NCBI GenBank assembly: GCA_902800965.1
Contig: CADCGK010000012.1
Location: forward strand, 155,820 to 219,819
Source of the DNA: an uncultured Bacteroidia bacterium
Lineage (GTDB): Bacteria; Bacteroidota; Bacteroidia; Bacteroidales; F082
Reading direction: 5' to 3'
Length of the DNA: 64,000 bases
Part shown: positions 52,560 to 61,994 of the stretch, one piece after another
Layout: every line of letters starts with the position of its first letter
Position numbering within the stretch: the first letter of the stretch is position 1
Notes under the pieces: model-generated
Seen by the model: only the letters and a program-made list of their open reading frames with translations
Databases searched by the model: none
Told to the model about the DNA's origin: nothing
Made by a program: the position numbers and the translations under genes

Positions 52560-54566
52560 TTAGGCCTGTTTCCTTGCGGCGATCAACAGATCCAGCATTT
52601 TGATGGCCGAGTCGCTGATGACCGTGCCAGGGCCAAAGATGGCCACGGCACCAGCATCATAGAGGAACTGATAGTCCTGAGCGGGAATCACGCCACCCAC
52701 GGTGACCATGATGTCGGGACGACCCAACTTCTCCAGCTCAGCGATCACCTGAGGCACGAGAGTCTTGTGACCAGCAGCCAGCGAACTCACGCCCATGATG
52801 TGGACGTCGTTCTCAACGGCTTGCTTGGCAGCCTCGGCGGGTGTCTGGAACAAAGGACCCATATCGACATCGAAGCCAATGTCTGCATAACCGGTGGCCA
52901 CCACCTTGGCGCCACGGTCGTGACCGTCCTGACCCATCTTGGCAATCATGATACGCGGACGACGGCCTTCCAACTTGGCAAACTCGTCGGCCTTACGGCA
53001 GGCCTCCTCAAATCTTGCATCGTTTTTCGTTTCCATAGAATACACTCCTGAAATTGAACGGATTACTGCTTTGTAACGACCAGCGACTTTCTCGCAAGCC
53101 ATCGAAATCTCACCCAGCGAAGCGCGGCACTTGGCGGCTTCGATGGCCAAAGCCAGGAGGTTGCCCTCGCCCGTCTCGGCACACTTGGTGATAGCGTCAA
53201 GGCAACGCTGTACGTCGGCTTCGTTGCGGTTGGCGCGGAGTTCCTTCAGACGCTTGATCTGCGACTCACGCACAGCGGTGTTGTCCACCTCCAAGGTCTC
53301 AATAGGATCCTCATGGTCGAGGCGGTACTTGTTGATACCGACGATGGTCTCGCGACCCGAGTCGATCTTGGCCTGCTTGCGGGCAGCGGCCTCTTCGATA
53401 CGCATCTTCGGCAGACCCGTCTCGATGGCCTTGGCCATGCCACCCATGGCTTCCACCTCTTGGATGTGACCCCAAGCACGGTGGGCGATCTCGTTGGTGA
53501 GGCTCTCCACATAGTAGGAACCTGCCCAAGGATCCACCACACGGCAGATGTTGGTCTCTTCCTGGATGTAGATCTGGGTGTTACGGGCGATACGGGCACT
53601 GAAGTCGGTGGGCAGAGCAATGGCCTCGTCCAAGGCGTTGGTGTGCAGCGACTGGGTGTGACCCAGGGCAGCACCCATAGCCTCGATGCAGGTACGGGCC
53701 ACGTTGTTGAACGGGTCTTGCTCGGTGAGCGACCATCCGGAAGTCTGCGTGTGGGTACGCAGGGCCAGTGACTTGGTGTTCTTCGGGTTGAAGGTGCTGA
53801 CGATCTTGGCCCACAGCATACGGGCGGCACGCATCTTGGCAATCTCCATGAAGTGGTTCATGCCCGAGCACCAGAAGAAGGACAGACGCGGTGCGAAGGC
53901 GTCGATGTCCAAGCCAGCCTTGACACCGGTGCGGAGGTAATCCCAACCGTCGGCCAAGGTATAAGCCATTTCGATATCGGAGGTAGCACCAGCTTCCTGC
54001 ATGTGGTAACCCGAGATGGAGATGCTGTTGAACTTCGGCATGTTCTGCGAGGTGAACTCGAAGATGTCGGCGATGATACGCATCGAGAACTCAGGCGGAT
54101 AGATATAGGTGTTACGCACCATGAACTCCTTCAGGATGTCGTTCTGGATGGTGCCTTGCAACTCTTCGTACTTGGCAACGCCAGCCTTACCCACGTCGCC
54201 CATGACGCGCTCGTGGTCGGCATCGTAGCCACGGTGGGTGGCCAAGTCGAAGGCCACGGACAGACCTTTCTGACCAGCCGCGATGTTACGGCGGTAGAAG
54301 GCGTTTGACTCCTCAGCGGTGGAGAAACCGGCGTACTGACGGATGGTCCAAGGACGCATCACGTACATGGTTGAATAAGGTCCACGGAGGAAGGGGGCGA
54401 TACCAGCGGCGTAGTTGAGGTGTTCCATGCCTTCGAGGTCTTTCTCGGTGTAGGCAGGCTTCACCATAATGTGCTCGTGGGTCTCCCAAGGCTCGCCGTT
54501 AGGCAGGATGATACTGTTGTTCTTAGGTATAGCGTTGATATTGATATCTTTATAATTCGGTTTCAT
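52560..54566 (-). CDS. mutB: methylmalonyl-CoA mutase large (catalytic, B12-binding) subunit, unusually short
   Basis: Diagnostic motifs are [32 protein letters not shown] and [11 protein letters not shown], plus the B12 motif GQDGHDRGA. It is 668 aa. GDVGKAGVA is joined almost directly to GTIQND (see findings). Confidence 0.85.
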   Translation of the reverse strand: MKPNYKDININAIPKNNSIILPNGEPWETHEHIMVKPAYTEKDLEGMEHLNYAAGIAPFLRGPYSTMYVMRPWTIRQYAGFSTAEESNAFYRRNIAAGQKGLSVAFDLATHRGYDADHERVMGDVGKAGVAKYEELQGTIQNDILKEFMVRNTYIYPPEFSMRIIADIFEFTSQNMPKFNSISISGYHMQEAGATSDIEMAYTLADGWDYLRTGVKAGLDIDAFAPRLSFFWCSGMNHFMEIAKMRAARMLWAKIVSTFNPKNTKSLALRTHTQTSGWSLTEQDPFNNVARTCIEAMGAALGHTQSLHTNALDEAIALPTDFSARIARNTQIYIQEETNICRVVDPWAGSYYVESLTNEIAHRAWGHIQEVEAMGGMAKAIETGLPKMRIEEAAARKQAKIDSGRETIVGINKYRLDHEDPIETLEVDNTAVRESQIKRLKELRANRNEADVQRCLDAITKCAETGEGNLLALAIEAAKCRASLGEISMACEKVAGRYKAVIRSISGVYSMETKNDARFEEACRKADEFAKLEGRRPRIMIAKMGQDGHDRGAKVVATGYADIGFDVDMGPLFQTPAEAAKQAVENDVHIMGVSSLAAGHKTLVPQVIAELEKLGRPDIMVTVGGVIPAQDYQFLYDAGAVAIFGPGTVISDSAIKMLDLLIAARKQA

Positions 54567-54604
54567 CGTTTAATCCTTTCATTTTTTTGACGCGGGACTT
54601 TTTT

Positions 54605-54677
54605 CAGCTGTTAGCTATTAGCAATTAGCTGTTAGCTTACTGGTTGCCAGGCTAATAGCTAACAGCAAACAGCTAAT
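54605..54677. repeat. AGCTNTT-heptamer palindrome in the mutA-mutB spacer
   Basis: GCTGTTAGCTATTAGC (54607..54622) is the perfect reverse complement of GCTAATAGCTAACAGC (54651..54666). The flanks continue the heptamer pattern. Confidence 0.75.
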
Positions 54678-54700
54678 GACCAAAATCTCGCACCCAGTAT

Positions 54701-56551
54701 TCATTTTGTTATACCTAATTGCTTTTGGAACTCCGTTAAGGTCTCAAGCACATTGCTCTTGACGTGGATGAAATACTTCAGGCCAGCCTCTTTGAGGATG
54801 TCGGCGGTACCTTCGGGGTTACCGGCGAGCACCACGATGGTTTCATCCTTAAGGGCTTCGAAGATTTGAAGGGCATTGCCTTCTCCATATTCCTCGTCGG
54901 AGGAGCAGATGACCAAGATTTCGGGTTTCACCTCGCGGGCGGCGGCGATGCCTTCGTCCAAGGTCTTGAAACCTGGGTTATCGACGACTTGGAAGCCGGC
55001 GCAGGCGAAGAAGTTGGAGGCGAAATTGGCACGGGCCTTACGCATGGCGAGGTTGCCGTAGGTGAACATCCAAGCCACAGGACGTTTGTGGTCTTGGGCA
55101 TAGACGTCGGTGGCAAAGCGCAGCTTCTCGAACTGTTGTGCAGCGCGGAAGGTGACGATCGTTTCGATTTCAGCATTTTCGTCGCGACGGTCGTCTGCCT
55201 CGAAGACCCAAGGTTGCGGGTTGAGCTTCATCGTCTCGGTGAAGTTCGGGAACTGGTTGGTGCCCAAGATGGTCTCGCGGCGAGTAGCCACATTGCTGAA
55301 CTTCTTGGCGGCGCTTTCCTTGATGAGGCCCTGGATCATGCCCTTGCGGACGGCTTCGAGATAGCCGCCTTCGTCTTGGATCTTGTTGAACAAGTCCCAA
55401 GCAGCAGCAGCGAGACTCTCGGTGAGGTTCTCGATATAGTAGGAACCTGCGGCGGGGTCGGCCACCTTGTCGAAGTGGGCCTCTTCCTTGAGGATGAGCT
55501 GTTGGTTGCGGGCGATACGGTCGGCGAAGTCGGTGGGGATCTCAAACGGCGTGTCGAACGGCATCACGGTAAACGAGTCCACGCCGCCGAGGACGGCTGA
55601 CATGGTGCCTGTGGTGGTACGCAGCATGTTGACGTAAGCGTCGTAGAGGCTCATGCCGAGTTCGGCGTTGGTGGCGTGGATGTGCATCTTGGCATTCTCT
55701 TCCTTGCCGCCGTAAGCCTTCACGATGTTGGCCCACAGCAGGCGGTAAGCACGCAGCTTGGCCAGCTCCATGAAGTAGTTCTGTCCGATGGCGAGGTTGA
55801 AGCGCATCTTGGGTGCGATTTCGTCGATGGTCAGTTCTTTCTCGGTGAGTTTGTCGAGGTACTCGGCACCCACGGCGAGGCTGAAGGCCATTTCCTGTAC
55901 GATGGTGGCGCCAGCGTTGGTGAACACATGGCCGTTGATGCCAATGGTATCGAAACCAGGCATCTCGGCTTTCACCATGATATAAGCCAACTCCATGTCG
56001 GTGTTTTCAGTCACATACCATACGCCGCGGCGGAGATAACGGGTCAAAGGATCATAGTTGAGTGAACCCTTGATACCCGGAATCTTTGACATCATCTCCA
56101 GCAAAGGCAGATGGTATTTGTTGTTGTAGAGGTTGATCTCCACAGCTTTTTGGTCGATGCCATTCAGCAAAGCTGAGATCTCGACGGCGGTGTAGGCCTT
56201 GTCATACTCCAGCTTGAAGCCAATGCTGTTAGCACCGCGGCTCAAGGCGTTAAGGGCGATTTTGTTAGCCTCGTTGACATCTTTCACGGTGATGTCTTGA
56301 CGCACAAGCCATTCGTTGCCTTCGGTTTTGTTACCACGGACGTAGGGGAATTCGTTGGGGTTCATGCCCGTCCACGGGATGTCGGCCAGGTTCTCGGCAC
56401 GATAGTAAGGCCTCACTTGAAAGCCTTCGGCCGTGCGCCAAACCAACTTTTTGTTGTAATCTGCTCCTTTGAGGTCTTTCTCGATGACAGCTTCCCATTC
56501 CTGGGTGCTTACTGGTGGAAATTCCTCAAAGAGTTTTTTGTTGTTTTCCAT
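54701..56551 (-). CDS. mutA: methylmalonyl-CoA mutase small subunit
   Basis: It is a 616-aa MCM-like barrel lacking the catalytic and B12 His motifs. It lies directly upstream of mutB on the same strand. Confidence 0.8.
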   Translation of the reverse strand: MENNKKLFEEFPPVSTQEWEAVIEKDLKGADYNKKLVWRTAEGFQVRPYYRAENLADIPWTGMNPNEFPYVRGNKTEGNEWLVRQDITVKDVNEANKIALNALSRGANSIGFKLEYDKAYTAVEISALLNGIDQKAVEINLYNNKYHLPLLEMMSKIPGIKGSLNYDPLTRYLRRGVWYVTENTDMELAYIMVKAEMPGFDTIGINGHVFTNAGATIVQEMAFSLAVGAEYLDKLTEKELTIDEIAPKMRFNLAIGQNYFMELAKLRAYRLLWANIVKAYGGKEENAKMHIHATNAELGMSLYDAYVNMLRTTTGTMSAVLGGVDSFTVMPFDTPFEIPTDFADRIARNQQLILKEEAHFDKVADPAAGSYYIENLTESLAAAAWDLFNKIQDEGGYLEAVRKGMIQGLIKESAAKKFSNVATRRETILGTNQFPNFTETMKLNPQPWVFEADDRRDENAEIETIVTFRAAQQFEKLRFATDVYAQDHKRPVAWMFTYGNLAMRKARANFASNFFACAGFQVVDNPGFKTLDEGIAAAREVKPEILVICSSDEEYGEGNALQIFEALKDETIVVLAGNPEGTADILKEAGLKYFIHVKSNVLETLTEFQKQLGITK

Positions 56552-56581
56552 ATAATTAGTTTAGTTTGTGTTGCTTCAACT

Positions 56582-57598
56582 TTATCTTGCCTGACGGAAA
56601 TGCCAGTTTTCGCGTTTAAGTAATTCTGTAAAAGTACGATTGTGCAGTTTTACTCTTTTTTCCATTAATGTACGGGAAGAAAACACTCCGTAACCACCGT
56701 TAACATTTGTATATTCTGGGATATTCTGAGCTATGCTGCTGGATGGACCATTGACAGAAATGAAATTATACAATTCATCACCTCCTGCTGCAATCGATAG
56801 TACTAATGAGGGCTCAAACACTAAACGATCAACATTCTTAGTGGTATCATTGCCTAAGAAAGAAGCAAGATTGGGGAAGAATAGAGAGGATTTATACTGG
56901 ATGCTTAAAGAGTTAGACTCCTCGGTCAGGCTTGATGCTGGGAAAGTACCCAATGACCAAGTCATGCAACGCTGTACCGAGTCGTTTGTAGGTCCAACTT
57001 CAGTGAAATAAAACTTGAGTATAAGTTCATAAATAGCGGCATTTGGACAACGTTGCCATTTGATTCTTCCGTATTCAGAGCTGAAATCTAGTTGTGACAA
57101 AAACACCGTGAAACCTGAACCGCCGACCATCTCCGTTGAAGCGGTGATAAGTGTATCGCCCCTGTCAATTTGTAGTTCATACTTATAAGTGCTGTTTTCG
57201 GTATTGTTGTTCAACTTTGCTTTTGTATAATACACCAGCTGTTTAGGTGCATAAAAAATACCGAGGTCTTTGTTGAAAATCGTTATGGTGTCCAATGGTA
57301 ACACACGGGTTTGATGATAATTGCTACCCGTTGCACTCCCTTTGTATTCAATAAGCTTGGCATCCAGCTTGCCTGGATAATTGCAAGAATCATCAATCAA
57401 GGCTATATCAAGAGCATTTCCAGGTCCTAAAAACGCCTTGTTAATTTTGATATAATTCGTGTCCTTGCCGCTGTCAAGCAAACCATAGACAACCGTAATA
57501 TCCTTATAATCAGCATAAAGATCAACATCCGTGCTGCAAGAATATAACATCATTCCTGAAACAAAGAATGAAAACAGATAAAGCAAAATCCTTCTCAT
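56582..57598 (-). CDS. lipoprotein, DUF4249-like
   Basis: It has a lipobox (MLYSCST). The segment ITVVYGLLD...IKINKAF resembles DUF4249 proteins. No adjacent TonB-dependent receptor is present. Confidence 0.45.
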   Translation of the reverse strand: MRRILLYLFSFFVSGMMLYSCSTDVDLYADYKDITVVYGLLDSGKDTNYIKINKAFLGPGNALDIALIDDSCNYPGKLDAKLIEYKGSATGSNYHQTRVLPLDTITIFNKDLGIFYAPKQLVYYTKAKLNNNTENSTYKYELQIDRGDTLITASTEMVGGSGFTVFLSQLDFSSEYGRIKWQRCPNAAIYELILKFYFTEVGPTNDSVQRCMTWSLGTFPASSLTEESNSLSIQYKSSLFFPNLASFLGNDTTKNVDRLVFEPSLVLSIAAGGDELYNFISVNGPSSSIAQNIPEYTNVNGGYGVFSSRTLMEKRVKLHNRTFTELLKRENWHFRQAR

Positions 57599-57718
57599 AG
57601 TATCATATTAATTCAAAGCGTCAAAGATACAACAATTAATTGAATTAGCGATTTTCTTTTTTAGCTTGATTGTAAGCTTTTAGTTCTTATCTTTGGAGCA
57701 ATTTTTATAAAATGCGCA

Positions 57719-58690
57719 ATGGACGAAAAAAACAACAAGTGGCTGGTGGTTGTCAACCCGCAGGCTTCCATAGGGAAATGCAGTAAAGACTGGCCAGAGA
57801 TAAAGCGTCTTCTTGATGACAGCGGCATGGAATATGACGCTGTTTTGACCGAATATCCGAAACACGCAATAGAGATTGTCAGACAAAACATCACAGAGAA
57901 AGGCTATAAAAAGATTGTATCTATCGGCGGCGACGGTACGAATAATGAGGTCATCAACGGCATTTTTACCCAACAGCGTTTCCCGACATCGGAAATCACC
58001 ATGGGTATCATCCCCATTGGAACGGGCAATGATTGGCGCAGGACTTTCAACTTCAATATCGATCATCAAGAGAACGTAAACGTTTTAAAAAATGGACATA
58101 CGATCTTACATGATGTCGGCAAAGTGACCTATTACAACAACGGAGATCCTCAAGAGAGATATTTCCTGAATGCCGCCGGCACGGGACTGAACGAGATGGT
58201 CTGCAACCGTACCAATCAACTGAAATCACAAGGAAAAGGTGGATCCGTACGCTATATGCTCAACACGGCCAATTGCCTCTTGCGTTTTAAATGCGTGCAT
58301 GTCCAGCTGGATATTGACGATCAACGGGTTTTCGACGATGAAATATTGAGTCTGTCTGTCGGCAATGGAAAATACAATGGCGGCGGTATGATGATGATGC
58401 CGAAGGCCATCCCGAACGATGGATTGTTCGATATCACGGTGGTCAAAAAAGTGAGCATGGTGAAATTTGCTGCCAGCATCAACAACATCTATGACGGCAC
58501 CTTTGTCGATAAACTCAAAGAGGTGACTACCTACCGAGGCAAGAAGATCCGTATTGTATCGATTCCAGCACACCAATTGCTATTGGAAACCGAAGGCGAA
58601 ACCTTGACCAATTCCCCCTTCGATTTCGAAATCCTTCCCTCCTCCATCAATATGGTAGTCCCAGAAAAAACTGAACAACTGAATAACTGA
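57719..58690 (+). CDS. diacylglycerol/lipid kinase family protein (YegS/BmrU-like)
   Basis: The motifs SIGGDGTNNEV and PIGTGNDW are present. A TATCTTTG box lies upstream at 57688..57695. Confidence 0.85.
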   Translation: MDEKNNKWLVVVNPQASIGKCSKDWPEIKRLLDDSGMEYDAVLTEYPKHAIEIVRQNITEKGYKKIVSIGGDGTNNEVINGIFTQQRFPTSEITMGIIPIGTGNDWRRTFNFNIDHQENVNVLKNGHTILHDVGKVTYYNNGDPQERYFLNAAGTGLNEMVCNRTNQLKSQGKGGSVRYMLNTANCLLRFKCVHVQLDIDDQRVFDDEILSLSVGNGKYNGGGMMMMPKAIPNDGLFDITVVKKVSMVKFAASINNIYDGTFVDKLKEVTTYRGKKIRIVSIPAHQLLLETEGETLTNSPFDFEILPSSINMVVPEKTEQLNN

Positions 58691-58706
58691 ACAACTATAA
58701 ACTGTC
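58669..58706 (+). promoter_or_regulatory. AACTGAAC-word leader bridging the lipid kinase end and the pgk start
   Basis: AACTGAACAACTGAATAACTGAACAACTATAAACTGTC sits immediately before the pgk ATG. It also encodes the kinase tail EQLNN*. Confidence 0.6.
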
Positions 58707-59960
58707 ATGACGAACATCGATCAAGTAAATTTTGAAAACAAACGCGTGGTCATCCGCGTCGATTTCAACGTCCCGTTGGACGACAACTTCAACATCACCG
58801 ATGACACCCGTATGCGTGCCGCCCTGCCGACTATCAACAAAGTTTTGAATGACAAGGGTATGGTCGTGCTGATGTCACATCTTGGCCGTCCGAAGAAAAA
58901 TCCGGACCCGAAGTTCTCCATCAGACCTATCATCGCTCACCTCTCTGAGCTTTTGAATCGTCCTGTGCTTTTCGCTGAGGATTGCATGAAAGCCGCCGAC
59001 CAAGTGGCCGCTATGAAACCCGGTGAGGTGCTCGTACTCGAAAACCTCCGTTTCTATGCCGAGGAAGAAGGCAAGCCGCGTGGCATCGAGAAAGGCGAAG
59101 AGGGCTACGATGAAGCTAAGAAAGCCATCAAAGCTTCGCAGAAGGAGTTTACTAAGACCCTGGCCAGCTATGGCGAGTATTACATCAACGACGCCTTCGG
59201 CACCGCTCACCGCGCCCATGCTTCGACAGCGCTGATTGCCGACTATTTCGATGCCGACCACAAGATGTTCGGTTACCTGATGGGCAAGGAGGTGGCCGCC
59301 GTCAACAAGGTGATGAACGACATCCAACGTCCCTTCACCGCCATCATGGGTGGCTCGAAAGTCTCCACGAAGATCGAAATCATCGAGAACCTGCTCACCA
59401 AGGTGGATAACCTCATCCTCTGCGGCGGCATGACCTATACCTTCAAGCGTGCCTTGGGTGGACATATCGGCAACTCCATCTGCGAAGAGGACAAACTCGA
59501 CCTCGCCTTGGATATCATCGAGAAAGCCAAGCAGAAAGGTGTCAACCTCTATCTCTCGTTCGACGTGGTGGCTGGCGACAAGTTCTCGAACGACGCCAAC
59601 ACCATGGTGGTCGATCCGATGAACGTGCCCGACGGCTGGGAAGGCATGGACTGCGGTCCCGAGAGCCGCAAGTTCTACGCCGGCATCATCAAACAGTCGA
59701 AGACCGTGCTTTGGAATGGTCCCTGCGGTGTGTTTGAGTTCGACAAGTTTGCCGAAGGTTCCCGCGCCTTGGCTGAAGCCATCGTGGAAGCTACCGAACA
59801 AAACGGAGCCTTTACCCTTATCGGTGGTGGTGACTCCGTGGCATGCATCAACAAGTTCGGACTTGCCGACCGCGTGAGCTACGTCTCCACAGGAGGTGGC
59901 GCCCTGCTCGAAGCCATCGAAGGCAAAGAACTGCCCGGCATCGCAGCCATCAAGAAATAA
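58707..59960 (+). CDS. pgk: phosphoglycerate kinase
   Basis: The motifs [25 protein letters not shown] and GGGDS are present. 417 aa. Confidence 0.95.
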   Translation: MTNIDQVNFENKRVVIRVDFNVPLDDNFNITDDTRMRAALPTINKVLNDKGMVVLMSHLGRPKKNPDPKFSIRPIIAHLSELLNRPVLFAEDCMKAADQVAAMKPGEVLVLENLRFYAEEEGKPRGIEKGEEGYDEAKKAIKASQKEFTKTLASYGEYYINDAFGTAHRAHASTALIADYFDADHKMFGYLMGKEVAAVNKVMNDIQRPFTAIMGGSKVSTKIEIIENLLTKVDNLILCGGMTYTFKRALGGHIGNSICEEDKLDLALDIIEKAKQKGVNLYLSFDVVAGDKFSNDANTMVVDPMNVPDGWEGMDCGPESRKFYAGIIKQSKTVLWNGPCGVFEFDKFAEGSRALAEAIVEATEQNGAFTLIGGGDSVACINKFGLADRVSYVSTGGGALLEAIEGKELPGIAAIKK

Positions 59961-61105
59961 TGTCTAAGACTTTAGTCAATATCATCACTCGCGAGCATCC
60001 TATCGCCGCTTACCTCTTTGTGAAAGAATACTTTGAGGAAGGCGATAGGTTGCTCTTTGTCTCGGCCAACGACAGTTTCGATTGTATCACCCCTTTGGTC
60101 AAGGTATTGAAAATCGATCCGAGCTTGGTGCAGCGCATTGTGCTCAGGCGTATCGCCGACAGCTATACCTACGAACGCATCTGCCGCACCATCAATAACG
60201 GCGTCAACCAAGAAACACAATATTACGTCAATCTGGCAGGCGGCAGCCGATACATGGCGCTATCGGTGCAACATGTGTTTTCAAATTACAACAGCATTTT
60301 CTTTTATACCCAAACCCAACAAAACATCATCGTAAGGACGATCTTCGACAATAGCATTTACGACAACGACGACCAGATCATACCCATCAAATACAAGATG
60401 AACCTGGCCGAATATTTCGATGCCTATGGCTTGAGTCACGATCTTGAAAACTTGGAGCCACCCATCTCCGATGAAACCAAGGCACGACAAATGTTTAACC
60501 TGTTTGCAAAGCAGCAAATAAGGAGCAATGAATACAGGATTTTAGATGTATTACGGGAGAAATACCGTGGATGGAAATACCTGAAGATCGCTGAAGCGGA
60601 ACAGCCTGTCAAAGAAAGCATGACAACCGTACCAAATCTGGGCAAGTTCTTGGATTTCATCAAGTTTATCCCAAAGGAAGAAGGTGTGCTAAGCCAACAG
60701 GAACTTGAATACTTGACAGGAGGATGGTTTGAGGAGTATGTCTATCATCTCATCAAGACTGTGGTACAACCCGACGACATCGCCATGGGCGTGCGCATTG
60801 ACGGTTGTACCGATATCAAGCATAACAACGAGTTGGATGTTTGTTTCATCAAGAACAACCAGATGCATGTCATCGAATGCAAGAGTGGTATCAGTTCGGA
60901 AAGCATGTTCAATGAGATTGTGTATAAAGTAAGTGCCTTGAAGGAAGTGCTGTTGGGGGTGGATTGCAACTCCTACATATTCTCGTTGAAGAAAGACCCG
61001 ACTGGGGATTTAAAGAAGATCGCCACTTATATGGGCATTACGTTTTGCGATTACGAATGCCTCACACGTGAGGATAAATTACGGAAGGTGCTGCAGAAAA
61101 TGTGA
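59960..61105 (+). CDS. Card1/Can2-like (DUF1887) protein: CARF-like N-domain + PD-(D/E)xK nuclease C-domain
   Basis: The ATG at 59960 overlaps the pgk stop (TAATG). The N-terminal Rossmann-like region carries NLAGGSRYMA, a GGTK-like CARF motif. The C-terminus carries GGWFEEYVY...ELDVCF...HVIECKSG, a restriction-endonuclease-like D...ExK motif. 381 aa, similar in size to VC1899-type proteins. Confidence 0.65.
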   Translation: MSKTLVNIITREHPIAAYLFVKEYFEEGDRLLFVSANDSFDCITPLVKVLKIDPSLVQRIVLRRIADSYTYERICRTINNGVNQETQYYVNLAGGSRYMALSVQHVFSNYNSIFFYTQTQQNIIVRTIFDNSIYDNDDQIIPIKYKMNLAEYFDAYGLSHDLENLEPPISDETKARQMFNLFAKQQIRSNEYRILDVLREKYRGWKYLKIAEAEQPVKESMTTVPNLGKFLDFIKFIPKEEGVLSQQELEYLTGGWFEEYVYHLIKTVVQPDDIAMGVRIDGCTDIKHNNELDVCFIKNNQMHVIECKSGISSESMFNEIVYKVSALKEVLLGVDCNSYIFSLKKDPTGDLKKIATYMGITFCDYECLTREDKLRKVLQKM

Positions 61106-61951
61106 GTTTTCTTTCCCAATTCTAATCATTGCAGTTTTTCCTAAAACAATCGCCCGGTTTTCAGCTTGATGACCCGCTGGAAAACCAAAACACACGGGGT
61201 AATCGTACTCCTTCACCACATCGAAAATGGCTTGTTCAACCGTCTTTCCAAACGGATCGGGATTGTCGTGAATGTCAGTCAAACCGCCGATGACAAGCGC
61301 TTTGAGATGATCGAGTTTACCAGCACGTTTCAAGGCGTACATCATTCGTTCCACATGATAAATGTATTCATCAACATCCTCTAGGAACAAGATTTTGCCA
61401 TCTGTTTCGGGGAAAGAATTGGAACCCAACATGCCACACAACACGGATAGATTGCCTCCTACCATCAAACCTTCAGCATCGCCAAGGCGATTCAACGGAT
61501 ACGAAGGCCATTCATAATGAAGGGGTTTTCCTGTCAAAGCATCGATGAGCGACTGAAGGGCCTCAGGGGTCTTGTTGGCCAAGATATGAGGCATGGAGGC
61601 ATGGATGGAAGGGATGCCCAATCGGCTTAACTTGCCATGAAACACAGTGACGTCACTGAAACCGATGATGGGCTTGGGATGCTTCATGAACTTCGAAAAG
61701 TCAAGTTTGTCGATGATGCGTATGCTGCCATAGCCGCCACGTGCCATCCAGATGGCGTCAATATCGTCACGGTCCATGTATTCTTGGATGATGGAACAAC
61801 GTAAAGTATCGCTGCCGGCGGCAATGTTATCGACCGAATACAAACGGTTGTCGAAAACCGATTCAAAACCATGGTCATGGAGCCAACGGATGGCAAATTC
61901 CATCTCATCAGGAGTTACTTTACGGGCTGGGGCGGCAATGGCGATCTTCAT
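61079..61951 (-). CDS. LD-carboxypeptidase (peptidase S66 family)
   Basis: It has the nucleophile context IIGFSDVT and 290-aa S66 colinearity. Its 3' end overlaps the previous gene by 27 nt. Confidence 0.75.
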   Translation of the reverse strand: MKIAIAAPARKVTPDEMEFAIRWLHDHGFESVFDNRLYSVDNIAAGSDTLRCSIIQEYMDRDDIDAIWMARGGYGSIRIIDKLDFSKFMKHPKPIIGFSDVTVFHGKLSRLGIPSIHASMPHILANKTPEALQSLIDALTGKPLHYEWPSYPLNRLGDAEGLMVGGNLSVLCGMLGSNSFPETDGKILFLEDVDEYIYHVERMMYALKRAGKLDHLKALVIGGLTDIHDNPDPFGKTVEQAIFDVVKEYDYPVCFGFPAGHQAENRAIVLGKTAMIRIGKENSHFLQHLP

Positions 61952-61994
61952 AACGGCGAAATTTAACGGCGAATTTTACGAATTAAGCGAATTA
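61952..61994. repeat. family 2 element, half copy with duplicated head
   Basis: AACGGCGAAATTTAACGGCGAATTTTACGAATTAAGCGAATTA fills the whole spacer between the LD-carboxypeptidase start and the MORN gene stop. Confidence 0.75.

Noticed and set aside
59843-59959. An Arg-rich 39-codon extension of the Card1-like ORF.
   Set aside because: It lies entirely within the 3' end of pgk in another frame and has a nonsense-like composition ([21 protein letters not shown]). The ATG at 59960, overlapping the pgk stop, is the sensible start.
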